Shown here piece by piece: positions 1 through 12,156 of a DNA stretch of 64,000 nucleotides. The notes beneath the pieces were generated by a model. It had not been told where the DNA came from and made no database searches. It saw only the letters and a program-made list of their open reading frames with translations. The translations under genes were made by a program, and so were the position numbers. Numbering within the stretch: position 1 is the first letter of the stretch; each line of letters opens with the position of its first letter. The DNA comes from Takakia lepidozioides (taxonomy: Eukaryota > Plantae > Bryophyta), in NCBI GenBank assembly GCA_030704615.1, contig CM060734.1:44950001-45014000 (forward strand). The letters are read 5' to 3'.

Positions 1-1734
1 GCCTTTGAGGGGTAGAAGACCCATCTTTATGGGAGGGAATCATCTCCACCAAAAAATGATCTAGTATTACAAGGAGGTTCTTCACTGCAATGCCTCTACA
101 GAATCACTTGACTAAGTATAGTTGATCTCTACTGCACCCATCTTGATGTCGGAACTCTGTCTCCGAGTGAATGCTGTGTAAAGAATCATATCTCAAGTCA
201 AAAGAATCTTTCCCATGAATAACAGAATATTTGACAGTGATTCTAGAATATAGCTTGGTAACAGCATGGCCCTTAATGAATACCTGAGATAATAGAATAT
301 TCTTTTAATATCTAGCCCCCAGCCATCCTCATAATCTTGGATAAGAGAATATTTTCCCAGGCCCAAAGAATCTTTGGTACAGCATATGAATCTTTCCATG
401 CACCACAGTTGGCCTAGGCTTAATCCTTAAATCCATAACTATTGTTTTGGGGGCTGCCCGATTATTAAAGATAATAAAGATATAGATAAAGATAAAGATA
501 TGTACATGTACAGAAAATTGTATGCAGGCACAATGGAGTATTATACCCTGTTTTCCAACGTCCTAGTATGAAATGCCAGGGGTTTTTTTTTTTCTTGGTG
601 CCATGTCTCCACCTGTCATCCAAATAACAGAATTTGTCTCAAGCTGGGGAAAATTCCTTACAAGTTGGGACCCTTGAGTGGCCTAGGGCCCTCAGGACCG
701 TCCTAGGGAATCCGAAACAGCCCTATGTACTGGTATTGATTCTAAACATTGGGAAAAGATGCCAAAAACCACATAGGAATATTCCTCAAGCCCCCTTCAT
801 TCACACATTTTTGAAAATATGTTTCACTAATCTTCAGACAACATGGTTAGTTTTCAAATTCATGTTCCCCAACCAAAAGGTAAAGCCGCGCACAGGCCTA
901 ATCTCTCCCCCCGCATCAGAATTGACGCTGCTAGAAGACTCAGAACATCCAAATCCCTTTCTCCAACATCCAGAATCCCAATGTCCATGTATTTGAAAGA
1001 GACCCACCTGCACCATATGTGAAGAACTCGCATGTTCTTTCCATCAGTCTTAGGACGGTTGTGACTGAACTCCTGAAAGGCTCTCTTGGCACATTCCGTA
1101 TAGAGTTTATTCCAAGACTCCTCCCCTATACATAACATTCGAAGTAGACTTGCTGCCCAGTTTCCGAGGGTCTGTGACTGCTTTCGCTTATAGTCTGGAG
1201 AGAGGTCAAACCATCGATTTCGTGCTGTAAAGAGCACTCTTTTTAACCAACTTCTGCTCAGCATTATGACTTGTACACAGAATGTTGACCTCCATCTCTG
1301 TGCATCTCCTCAACTGCTGACCGAGTTGGGGGCTACAGTGGGAGTGCTGGAACCAACTGTAGTTTGCAGCAAGATGCCTGGACCAGATGGTACATCAACT
1401 GCTACATGCCCTCCTCTGACCACATTGTTACTTGCAGTGCACAAGCATTTCTGGCATGTCTCACATATATACCCTGCTGGTCTACAAGCGCGTCTCTCAT
1501 CTCCTTCAGATAAGGAAGGCCAGCACAAATTTCTATTGGGGCCACACTCTATTTATCTACTCCATCTCAACTGGGTCTGAGATGTCTAGCTAAGAAAAAT
1601 TGCTCTGCCAGTTAAACCATTCCATCTCATGTACAATGCAGCCATGGCAACCACCAAATCAACTTGTTTTACTGTACAGTCCTGAGGAAATTCTGCTCAA
1701 GCTTCGTAGATCCAGCATTGAAGAGAATGATGGC

Positions 1735-4700
1735 CTAAAGGTACAGAGAGTTAGCAAAGATTATGCCGCGCCGTATGCTCTCACTGCCAGCTGCAAACTT
1801 CTTCTCCAGATCTGGGTTACCAATTGCTTCAGCTGCAGCCATTAACTATCCCATACGCCCACACACCAGTGTGGAAAATTAGATGTGCTAATATTCCAGT
1901 CCCAGCTCTCATGCAGTGAAACTAGTCCTGCCTCTGAAACTTTTGAAGGCAGGTTGAATCTCCGACAAAGAGGACAAGCTGATTAGAATGCAGATGGAGA
2001 GGGACTCCTGGAAGATATTGGTGGGCAGGCTGAGAGAGGGACTTAGGTCGAGAACAGCAAGCTACTATAACAGAAATAGAAGACTACCTGGTTCAAAAAT
2101 TCATCAAGCCTGCGAGCAGCACGAATGATACTGCCTTCAAATATGTCGGTCATCTCACAAATCTCTGAAAACTTGGCCCCCTGCCATACCAAGTCCCAGC
2201 ACCGGAGAAATTAGCCCTAGCAGTTAAAAGGGCCTACACAGAACAAAAACGAAGTCCATGTATAACAGCTACTTTGAACAATTTACTCCACCATTCTAAC
2301 ATGACCTCTGAGGGTGATTACAGCCTAAACATCTATTTCAACCTTTTTTGATGGGGACAGATCCTGTCATATTTTGCATAGCATCAAGCTCACGTGCCAC
2401 GTAGCCCTCACAGTAGCGAGACCCCCCAAAATTTGGATAGAGATTTTCAAACGTTAGGAATCAATTGAAAATCCAAAGGGTGTGGCAGTTTAACAAACCT
2501 TAGACCAATTGTAAATGACATCCATCAAAAAGGGTTTAAAGGATTGGACATATTCCTCCACATCCACCTCCAACTTGCAGTCCTTTTGCACCTGTACAAT
2601 GCACGCAGGTATACAATTTACCTCAAAGCGGGAAGAACAAGGACTTGCATGGTACATGGTGCATGCTGACCATGTACCATGAACCATGTACCTAATAAGA
2701 TGTTTTCCATAGCCACACATAGAAGAGTGTGGGAGAGGGTCATCTAACAAGGAAGTACCTCAGCAAGTTGGCGTGCTGTGTCCTGCATTTGGCGGAGGGG
2801 CCATGCAAGTTCATTCTTCAAATGCACGTTTTCATTGGACTTTTCGACTGGCAGAAAGCAGCTGGCTATTGCCACCACTTGATGGTGGTCTATGTCATTG
2901 AACAACCCTGTTCCACCCAAACATGTATTCTTGCTTCAAAAGAACTTCAAAGTTGGACATTCCACGTAAGTGCCCAGATCTGTTCGCCCACCTCTACTGC
3001 TTCTCCCTCTTCACATATGAAGAGCACAGCACCAAAAGAACATCAATTGTTCCCAGAACATGAAACGGGGACAGTAAACCTTGGACCCCGAACAGGTTTA
3101 TAAGGACCTCACGCAACATATGCGAGTATGACGGGCAGAGGGTGGAACACATCGTACTTCAAAATGGACAATGCCATTTTTATTTTTGCTACAAAATTGC
3201 AAAGAGAAGGCAGAGAGCACACCATTGAACATAAGCTCAGTTACAAGAAGTTCATCAGCAGTGTCGATAAAGCAGGCAGCACGGCCTTTAAGGTCAACCA
3301 CACCCTCAGCATTGATGTGACCAAGCCGCTTTAACACCCTTGAACGGTTCTTCAACTCCTCCCTAAATTTGTGAAGCTGTGTATCCCAAATATACAGTAC
3401 CCATGATCACCCATATTGAACATCAGCGAGAGCATCATAGCTACATACTCATCTCACACACACTCCAGTTTGAACATAAGTACGTACTTATGCATGTCTT
3501 CACATATTTTTATAGACTTTCAGCTATCAGCCCATGTGACCTCTAAGCGAGAAGAGAGTGTGGTATTACCTGAGAGTCACGCATCCTTGATTTGAGATGT
3601 TGCGCCTCTGTCATCAGTTCTGCCTTCCTTTGAAATGCTGTGTAGCAGTTTGCATCCTTCTCTGACTGCATGTTAGCCCCAAAAGTGAGAGGATAATTTT
3701 ACACGAGCCAGATGGCAGTAGCAAGGACGCAACGACATAAACCCCAAGCACCTACACACAGACACATGATGCCCTAACTACTCTTGCAAGTACACAAACA
3801 CAGATGAAAAGAGGCAGAAAACTTCCATACGTTGTGCTAATCCCCTATGCCACATGAGATGGATGTCACAGCATGGGATAGTCAAGCAATAGGGTGAACT
3901 AGCCTATACAAGTGCATCTAAGCTTTTAAGTAAATAACAAGCAGATACATATGCTTTTTGCTACAAGACGTGTACCATGCAAGAGCTCAGCAGCAAATTA
4001 TGTGCTGCCTGCCACATAGTCTGATTTGTTCATTTCTCAGGAAGCTGCAGACACCTTGTTGAGAGAGGGATTTTCTCTAGAAGGCCATGCACTCGCAGGC
4101 TTAGAACGAGTCCCACAAATCATGGGAGCATTGATTCAAAGACAAGATGCCGTCGTCATCTCAAGTATGTATGGATAATGTTCCCCAAACAAGATAGCCT
4201 CATTCAGCTGTGCAGTATAAGGCTCGCATGGAGGAATGTTTCAACCTAATCTAGCAATCTGTGAGTATCAGATGAATAACAGGATATATTTAAAATTACC
4301 TGAAAGAGGGGGTGTACAACCAGCTTTCCTTCTTCTGCCTCTATTTGCTTCACAATCTTTTCAAACTCTTCGTCTTCAATACCCATATCCTGCCAAGCCA
4401 CACATGCCTCCTTAACAGAAGGACACACTCCAAGGCTCACTCTGTCTGCCTCAACCTCTTCTTTATCTACATTTCCCATTGATTGATGTTTTCTGTAATG
4501 GTTTCTTCTCACACGCACATTCCCACATGAAGTCCAGCACAAGCACTAACCTCAATAGGGTCAAGCTTGGGTAGGCCATCAGGGAAGCGACGTTCAAGCT
4601 CTTGAACTGCCATAAGCACACTTTGACGTGCCTCCGGAGGCCGCAAGTCATTCGGCACTGCAACTCTTAGGGCACTGATGGCACATATCAAGGGCATTTG

Positions 4701-7700
4701 CACTGGTACCTTCACACCCAAATACAAACAATTTCAGTGACATGGTCATGAGATCGGACAAAAATTGAGTTCAGGGATGGCAAAATGCCCAGACCTTGGC
4801 AAATTTCTCATGAAAATAAAAGAGGGGGATTACAGTCAACTTCAACAGTTGTCTTAGACCATCTGGCATGTCCCCCATAGCCCAGCAGCAAGAATTATGG
4901 ATAGTCCTGATGCAGTATAAAAAGATGGCGGGGAAGACATACTACAGCAGAGGGAAAGATGAGGAAGGAGGGATAAAGAAACGGAGGTATACTACTAAAA
5001 CCAGATACAGATGCCAGGTGGAAAGATTAGGAACAAGAGAATCATCACTAACCACATGCATTTCGCCTTTTCCTCCTGGGGGGCAGGGTCGAGGACGGGG
5101 ACGGCGTCCTTCCTGAACTACGCTAGAGGCACAGTGCAAGAGCGTATCCACTATATATGAGCTAGCAGGAGGGCTGGACAATACTGCTGAAGGCACTGCT
5201 CCATGGCCCACCGGGGGTTTTCTAACAACGTTTACTACAACTCCCCAACCCCATTCATCCCCACCATCTCGAACTTTCACCTGCATCAAAGAGCTTGTCA
5301 AGACTCATTTGCGGCACTCACTAAGCGACCAGGCTTAGAGTACCCGATAGAAACTGCACACCTGCTGCACTCTCTGAAGGGCCTACACCGAAATCATTAC
5401 ACCAGTCTCAAGGACAAGAAACATTCATGGTAAAGGGACACAGAGGGATAGTTCAATCACAATTCTTTGCAGAAAACTGGCCTGCTGTATTCTTGTAACA
5501 AAAAGTCTAACCAAGTTCCATCAACATCTCCCAATGAGAGAGATACTCTTAAGACATTGTTTGCCATAACCATGTGGCCATAGACCCCAGATTGGGCGGA
5601 CCAGAGCTACGTTTGTGAGGGGCTACCTCCAGCACTTACCTTGGTCTTTTACTATCCTCTACCGACACCGGGACCAACAGAGCTTTGCTGTTGGGGCCCG
5701 GGCAGGCTCCGTCCTTCCAGGACGGGGAGTCTTCCAAAGAGAGAAAGAGTTAAGTTGGCAGAGAGAGGTACCAGTCTACCAGGTTGCAAAAACAGGAGAA
5801 CGCGCTCTGGCCGAAGAACTTCAGCCATCATCTTCTTCTCTAGCTCTGCAAGCTTTAGCCTTAACCCATGATACTCTGCCATTGATGCCTGTATACACCC
5901 AATTGAACAAGGTGACCAGCTTGATCTTGGAGATTTCTGTCTCCTCTGCTCACCTGTAGTACTCTTAAGAGGTGCCTTAGATATGGAGACTAAACAACCC
6001 TAAATGAACTGCTATGTAAACCTCAGGCAAGTTGAAAGACTGCTTTCTTCTCAATCAGTTGAAACAACGGTCCTTTAATTTCAGAAAGTTTCTATGCAAA
6101 ATGAATCTCTGGAACAACTAAATGCTGCTGAATTAAAGCACTGTGCTTGTATGCATATTCAATTGACCTAGGGTCAAAACAGCTTCAGTAACCCAAATCA
6201 GTCCTTAATACTAGACAATACTTAGGATGGAGGAGGAGCTAGGAGCCAGGAGACCAATGACACAGGCCCCCTCTAACCTACCAAATCATACCCTGCACGA
6301 TAAATAAACACATTCTTTACCACGTGAGACACCTCTCCCCCATTTGAACAAATGAAAATTGCCACAATTGGAGAGAAAGTTGTGTCAGGGGTGTGATCGG
6401 TCACCTGGTGGTTGTTGGCCAAAGTAGAAGTGAAAAATTGAGAAACTACACCCAAATTCAATAGTTTCTGATGAAGGGTCAAATATTATAAAAGTTAACC
6501 AAAAAAAGCACCTGGTCCTGGTGGGGTCTAATTGCTGGGCAGCTCACACACAGCAGCTTGATGCTTGTGTGAAGGGCTTTCTAGAGGAAATCTGGAAAGC
6601 CCGAACCAATTGTTTATACCATGGTAAGTCCCACTACTGGAGTTGCCCCTTACAAAGGTCATGTCTGCTCCCTCTTGTTCGGCCCAAACTGGGCGCCAGG
6701 GTCTATGGCCATGAGGCTATGGCAAACGACGTCTCATGAAATAACACACCTCGCCTGCAGCATCAATGGACGATGCTTCTTCCTCCAGCTTTTTAATTTT
6801 TTCTTCAACCTCCGGTAGAGCCTGCCACCCATGCACATTCAAGTGTCAGCCAGAAACAGAGAGAAGAAAGACAATCATTGTGTCCACAGGTACGTGGATT
6901 AACAATTCCCTGCGCATATTGGTTACTGAAGGACAGGGGGCTAACATGGCCCACCAGGACATTTGATTCAGCCATATGCTTCTGGGACAGCATAGCTGGG
7001 AACAATTAACTTACAGGGGTTCAATGTTGATTGGTGGACCAGCATTGAAATCAAACTTGACAAGGATGACAATGAGTCAAGATTGCAACACATGAGGCTG
7101 TGACTGCACTGCCAGAGATGCTGAATACAGACAAAGGGAGAAAGTACTGCACTAAGCTGTCCTGCTTTTCCATTCACAAAAGCCATCATATCAATGAAGC
7201 TCATGTACAAGGCTTTCCGCATGAAATGTAAAGTTGATGTGGAGTTGGCACAACATCCCATCTGCACAAGCTTTACCTCCAGCTGGTGCTCAACATTCTG
7301 AGATACTGAAAGGGGAAGAGACTCAACGCAACTAAATAAGACAGGAAGAGAGAAAAGACAGGATAAGATTGACCTTGTCATGCTGGAACTGATGGAAAGA
7401 ATGGCGGATCACATATTCAGCATCAAACTGGCCCTCAGCGCGGCTCATGAGATTCAGCAGTGTGTAGTAACTTAACCGAAATGTACTAACTAATGGTGCT
7501 GCCTTCCCCTGTATCATCTCCTGGCATGTCTTCATATCCATCTGTCCCACCCATCCCCATCCATGAGCTAAATCATGACACAACTTTCTTGACAAGAGTG
7601 CAAAGTTGGTGCAAAATGTAAGTATCAGTCCTACCCAGATCTCACAATGCGGGAGATATCTCAACCAAGTAAGAAGGGACACAATATTACCTGGTTGTCA

Positions 7701-10700
7701 ATCATAATGATGCAGATGCCACGAGCATCCTTACCACGCCGTCCAGCTCTGCCACTCATCTGCTCCATAAGCATAACAGACTAATCACCAATGCTTTGCA
7801 AGTTTGGAAAAGGCTACTTGCAAAGCAGGTCACTATACATACAGCTCACACTACTTGAAAAACATTACAGTGTTCTGAGCAACTATAACAAATGAGAGTT
7901 ATAATACTGAAGACCACCAAGGATCAGTTGTCCAAGTATGCACTTGTGCCACAGCCCAGGAATGGAAGGAGGGGAATGACCTGGATGTACTCGCCCGATG
8001 ACATCCAGCGGTGGCTGTCTCCATCCCATTTACGTACAGCCGTAAATACCACTGTCTTAGCTGGCATATTCAACCCCATAGCAAACTGCCACACAAATGC
8101 CCACCATAAGGTCAGGCAGCCCGAAACTCATCTTTGCAGAAGTATATTCACAAGAGTCAACAACTGCATAAACAACAGTGTCCCCAAGAAATCACAAACA
8201 TAACTTGCACCAAAAATGGTAATGCAATGAGATTTGCTCTCTGCCTTCCACAGTGTGGCACTTTTCACTAGGTTTTAGAGGTCATTACTCAGCAAAGCAG
8301 ACATTTGAGGTCACCGCAGTCTAGATTTATCATAACATAAATAACCCACTATTCACGGTTGCTAGGATTGGAGTATCAGATTCCACCGAAAACTTGCCCC
8401 TGAAGGTACTGGCTCCTAACTGCCAGTTTTCCTCAAAACGTTTACTAGCCCCATAACTAATTGAAAACTGCCTGACGGTGTCATCACCCATGGGAGTCGA
8501 GTAGACATCAGATTTTTCTTCAACCTTCGTAACTACTCTTCCCATCTTAAAAGTACATGACTGATTTGTTCTCCTCAAAATCAACTTGGTTGCTTAGTAA
8601 AGATTCGTGATAGCACACAATGCAACACATTGACTCCTAGACAAGACCCCACCAGTTTGGGCTGTGTTTGAATGGCACCAACCAGTTGCTTAGCTGACTG
8701 CAACCATACTGGCAGTGAGACTGCTCCCTTAGAAAAGTCAACCAGTTGTGGACATAGCAACATAATGAATCCAACAAAATCTCTACAAAATGAAACAAAA
8801 ATTCAGCTTGAGTTGACATGCTTACTGTTTCTGTGGCAAATAGTGCCTTGATAAGTCCTTCCTGAAACAAAATCTCAATAACCTCTTTCAGAATTGGAAG
8901 AAGGCCTGAATGATGGACCCCAATGCCACGTTTCAGCAGGGGCAGAATGTGATCAATAGCTGGAAGCCCGCGATCCTCCTCACTCAAGCACTGTATCGCA
9001 CTTGTGAACACCTCCTCCACCATAGCCTTTTCATCCTCCGTGTTAAAATCGAGTTTTGACATGGAGAGGGCATACTGTTCACATTCACGTCGACTAAAGC
9101 TAAACACAATAACTGGTTGGAATTTCCGCTCCATTATCATCTGACAAGTTTGACCCCCACGCTCCCCCGCCCCACTTTAGCTGCAGGCCTGTGGTTGTGA
9201 GAATCCAGAATAAACTCTTCCAAAAATCCCATGGCATTTGCACCCATTTTGCAGCAAAACGCTGAAGAAGAGAAAAAAGAAAGGAGATTAATGCAGAGAG
9301 AAAAAGAGGAGGAAATTGGGGTTTGATGCAGTAGGCCAAAACAATTGCTGACAGTACCAGCAGATACCTATAGTGATGATTTGTCAATTTGAGACACAAA
9401 GCTTCCGAACGGGTGGCCACAGTGCTAGCAATATTAAAGATCCCCCAGTTTGTAGCATCCAATGCACAAAAAATGACATACTGTGCAATCAGGTAAGAAA
9501 GATGTATTTGTGTTATCTGCTGCTCTCTAACACTTCCTCCATACTGTTATTGACTGCTACGTAATACATGGTAGCCTAATTTGTCATATTTCAAGCAGCT
9601 TCAGAGACAGGTAGCATTTGGAGGAAGGAACAAGCCAAGTTTCTAAATATGAATCTAAGAATTCAACATTTGTTGTTCATAGTTCATACCCTTGACAAAA
9701 ACCACACCAAGATGATAAATGAGACAACAACTGCCATATCAAAGAAATAAATGATATGAAGAATATGAGTAATATCAAGATGAGGAAAGGAAAAGATGGA
9801 CATTACTGAGAAAAAATGCAAAGGGGTGCATACCTTAACAATTTTATAGATGTCTGAGTTTCCACCAGTAGGACCACCTCTATCACCCCTCCCTCGGGCG
9901 CCTCCTCTACCTCGGCCCCCTCGAGAGGACCCTCTTCCACCATGCACATTGGGTGAATTAATACCATCATCTCCCACCTTTACGTTGGAGAAAGTTTCAG
10001 TTAACTTGTTGAAACTATCTTCCTTGAACTCCCCTTTTTCATCAACAACAAGGTAGAGGCCAGAACCCCCAACAGGGAAGGCATAGTGCTGAAGAGGAGT
10101 CGGACGAAAATCTGTATAAACCACATGGCATGGCTGTTTGTGTAAGTGACAAATCCATTCAGCGAACTCAGTAGCATTGGACATTGTTGCGGAGAGGAAG
10201 ACCATCTTTATGGCTGGAGGGAGGAATATTATGCTCTCTTCCCAGACCACGCCCCTCTCCCGATCGCGCATGTAGTGGATCTCATCAAAAACCACCCAAG
10301 CAACCTCCCTCAAAACTTCCGAGCCTTTGTAGAGCATTGCCCGAAGAATCTCTGTAGTCATTACAAGGCAACTTGCATTTGGAGCGATAGAGACATCCCC
10401 AGTCATCAATCCAACATCACTAAACTCCTGGCTCAGCTCCCTATATTTTTGGTTGCTAAGGGCCTTCAAAGGAGAAGTATAGATCACCCTTTGCTTATCT
10501 CGGAAGGCCATGGCAATTGCATATTCTGCGACAGCTGTCTTGCCCGCAGATGTGTGAGCTGACACCAACACTGACTCGTTTCTCTCCAAACAGGCAACCG
10601 AAATCTCTTGAAATGGGTCAAGAGTAAATGGGTATGTCTTCGCCATAGCCCCTTTGTAAACGGGACTGTCAATGGTTCCATGGACCCCTTCAGCTTGAGT

Positions 10701-12020
10701 AGGAGTGAAACCTGCAACAGCACAAAATGTATTGTTTTTGAGGTGATCAGAAAAAATAGAATATACTCATAAGACGTTGTTTGCTGTAGCCTTGTGGCCA
10801 TTGACACCGCGCCCAGTTTGAGCGGAACACAAAGGGACAGAAACTACCTCTGTCAGGGGCTGACGTTGGTAGTATGACTTACCTTGAAATATGCATTTGA
10901 TCCGAGTTTTCCAGATATCCTCTAGAAATCCCTTCACACCAACATCAATCTGCTGTGGGTGATGTGCCCAATCAGAAAAAATAGAATACTAGTTCAAGCT
11001 TGCTTTTATCAGAATCTAGACGTGGAGCCTGCCGAAGCTTGGATAATGGATATATGAGTAGATGACTCAGTAATAGCCTAAGTTCAAAAAAACAAATGAA
11101 AAATTACTGGCACATGGCTTTACCATATCCATGTGCCATGGCAGAATCAACATGGCGGTGAGGAGGTAAGCTGCTGGCCTCGAACCTGCCTTCAGCCCCC
11201 AGCCTGACACTGCACAAGCCGAGAGGGCCAACCAGACAACTTATATTTAAGGCTATGACAGCGCCAAGATAGAGTTCTACATCCCAGCATTTGATGACAA
11301 TAGAATTAGAGCTAAGTGTAAAGTCATAATCAGACAATGTGCATAAAAGTGTGACTCTGTGTTATTATGATTTGTTTGCAACAGAGACCAACCGTGACAC
11401 AATATGAAAACGAAAATCTCTCCTAACAACTGAAAATCTTAATGGGAGACTGGTGCTCTCTCACAACAGACATCACAAGTGCATGTTTGGATTGAACTCT
11501 AACCGCCTGCAGGTATTGAGGACAATAACACGGTAATTCCATAAAAATTGGCACCACTCTTCAGTTGTATAAAGCTCAGCGTTACAGTTGTTTGAACTGG
11601 TGGAGCAGGCTCGTCACAGACTTATGAACAAAAACCCCGCACCCAGCTTGGAGCACAAAGTCAGGAAAAAGGAAAAAGCAAGAGTGAAAGAGGGCCGAGT
11701 TACTCATGGAGGGAACCCGGACCGCGCGAGGACAAAGGTTTCACAGCTAAAACCTCAACGCATTACACGCGTAAGGCCAGACAAGATACCATCAAATCTC
11801 AAAAACGTGAAAAGACCATAATCGACTACAAACCTGGGGGAAGGGCTACTTCATGAACACAATATCGAGCCACATTGCGCCGCTTTGCATCCGGGGAGCT
11901 CTCTACCGACGAAAGTTGCGCACCATTGGTAGCAGTGTCTCGAGCCTTCCTCTTTGCTGAATCCTCCTCTGTCAGTTCCGCCATTTCTGCAATCTCTCCC
12001 AGCTCAGACGGCGCCTGCAT
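1735..12020 (-). CDS. HEN2: DExH-box RNA helicase of the Ski2/MTR4 family, HEN2-like (multi-exon)
   Basis: Exons encode [37 protein letters not shown], the KOW arch and the DSHCT tail. Last exons 2088-2180 ([31 protein letters not shown]) and 1735-1845 (…[21 protein letters not shown]) have the HEN2-type rather than MTR4-type ending. Exon 1 ends 11834; exon 2 is 9834-10711. Start may be 12020 or 11984. Confidence 0.92.
5559..5645 (-). mobile_element. Short 3' end of a non-LTR retrotransposon family, in a HEN2 intron
   Basis: Minus strand reads GGGGTCTATGGCCACATGGTTATGGCAAAC, matching copies at 6535-6730, 10764-10970 and 28965-29090. Confidence 0.6.
6535..6730 (+). mobile_element. 5'-truncated non-LTR retrotransposon 3' end, in a HEN2 intron
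   Basis: Homologous to the reverse complement of 10764-10970. Encodes [28 protein letters not shown], then the conserved tail GGGTCTATGGCCATGAGGCTATGGCAAAC. Confidence 0.65.
10764..10970 (-). mobile_element. 5'-truncated non-LTR retrotransposon copy with 18-bp TSD
   Basis: Identical flanking ATCAGAAAAAATAGAATA at 10746-10763 and 10971-10988. Interior encodes [30 protein letters not shown], then the tail GGTGTCAATGGCCACAAGGCTACAGCAAAC. Confidence 0.8.
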
Positions 12021-12111
12021 TGCTGAGCAGCATAGCAAATGCAACAGCACTGAATGCAAAAGACGATGCAAGCCCTCCTCCTAATTGCAGTTAGCATTCT
12101 CCTCGTCCTCG

Positions 12112-12156
12112 CAGGGTTTTCGAACGAGCAATTAGGGTTAGGGCTAAGTTAGGGTT
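12112..12156 (-). promoter_or_regulatory. Telo-box-like (AACCCTA) motifs upstream of HEN2
   Basis: TTAGGGTTAGGGCTAAGTTAGGGTT on +, ~100 nt upstream of the ATG. A site-II-like TGGGCC lies at 12551. Confidence 0.4.

Noticed and set aside
60-400. Possible decayed LINE RT fragment on -
   Set aside because: Only vague motif resemblance; cannot be supported by eye.
2648-2681. Perfect 13-bp hairpin in a HEN2 intron
   Set aside because: Too short for a miRNA precursor; probably a repeat remnant.
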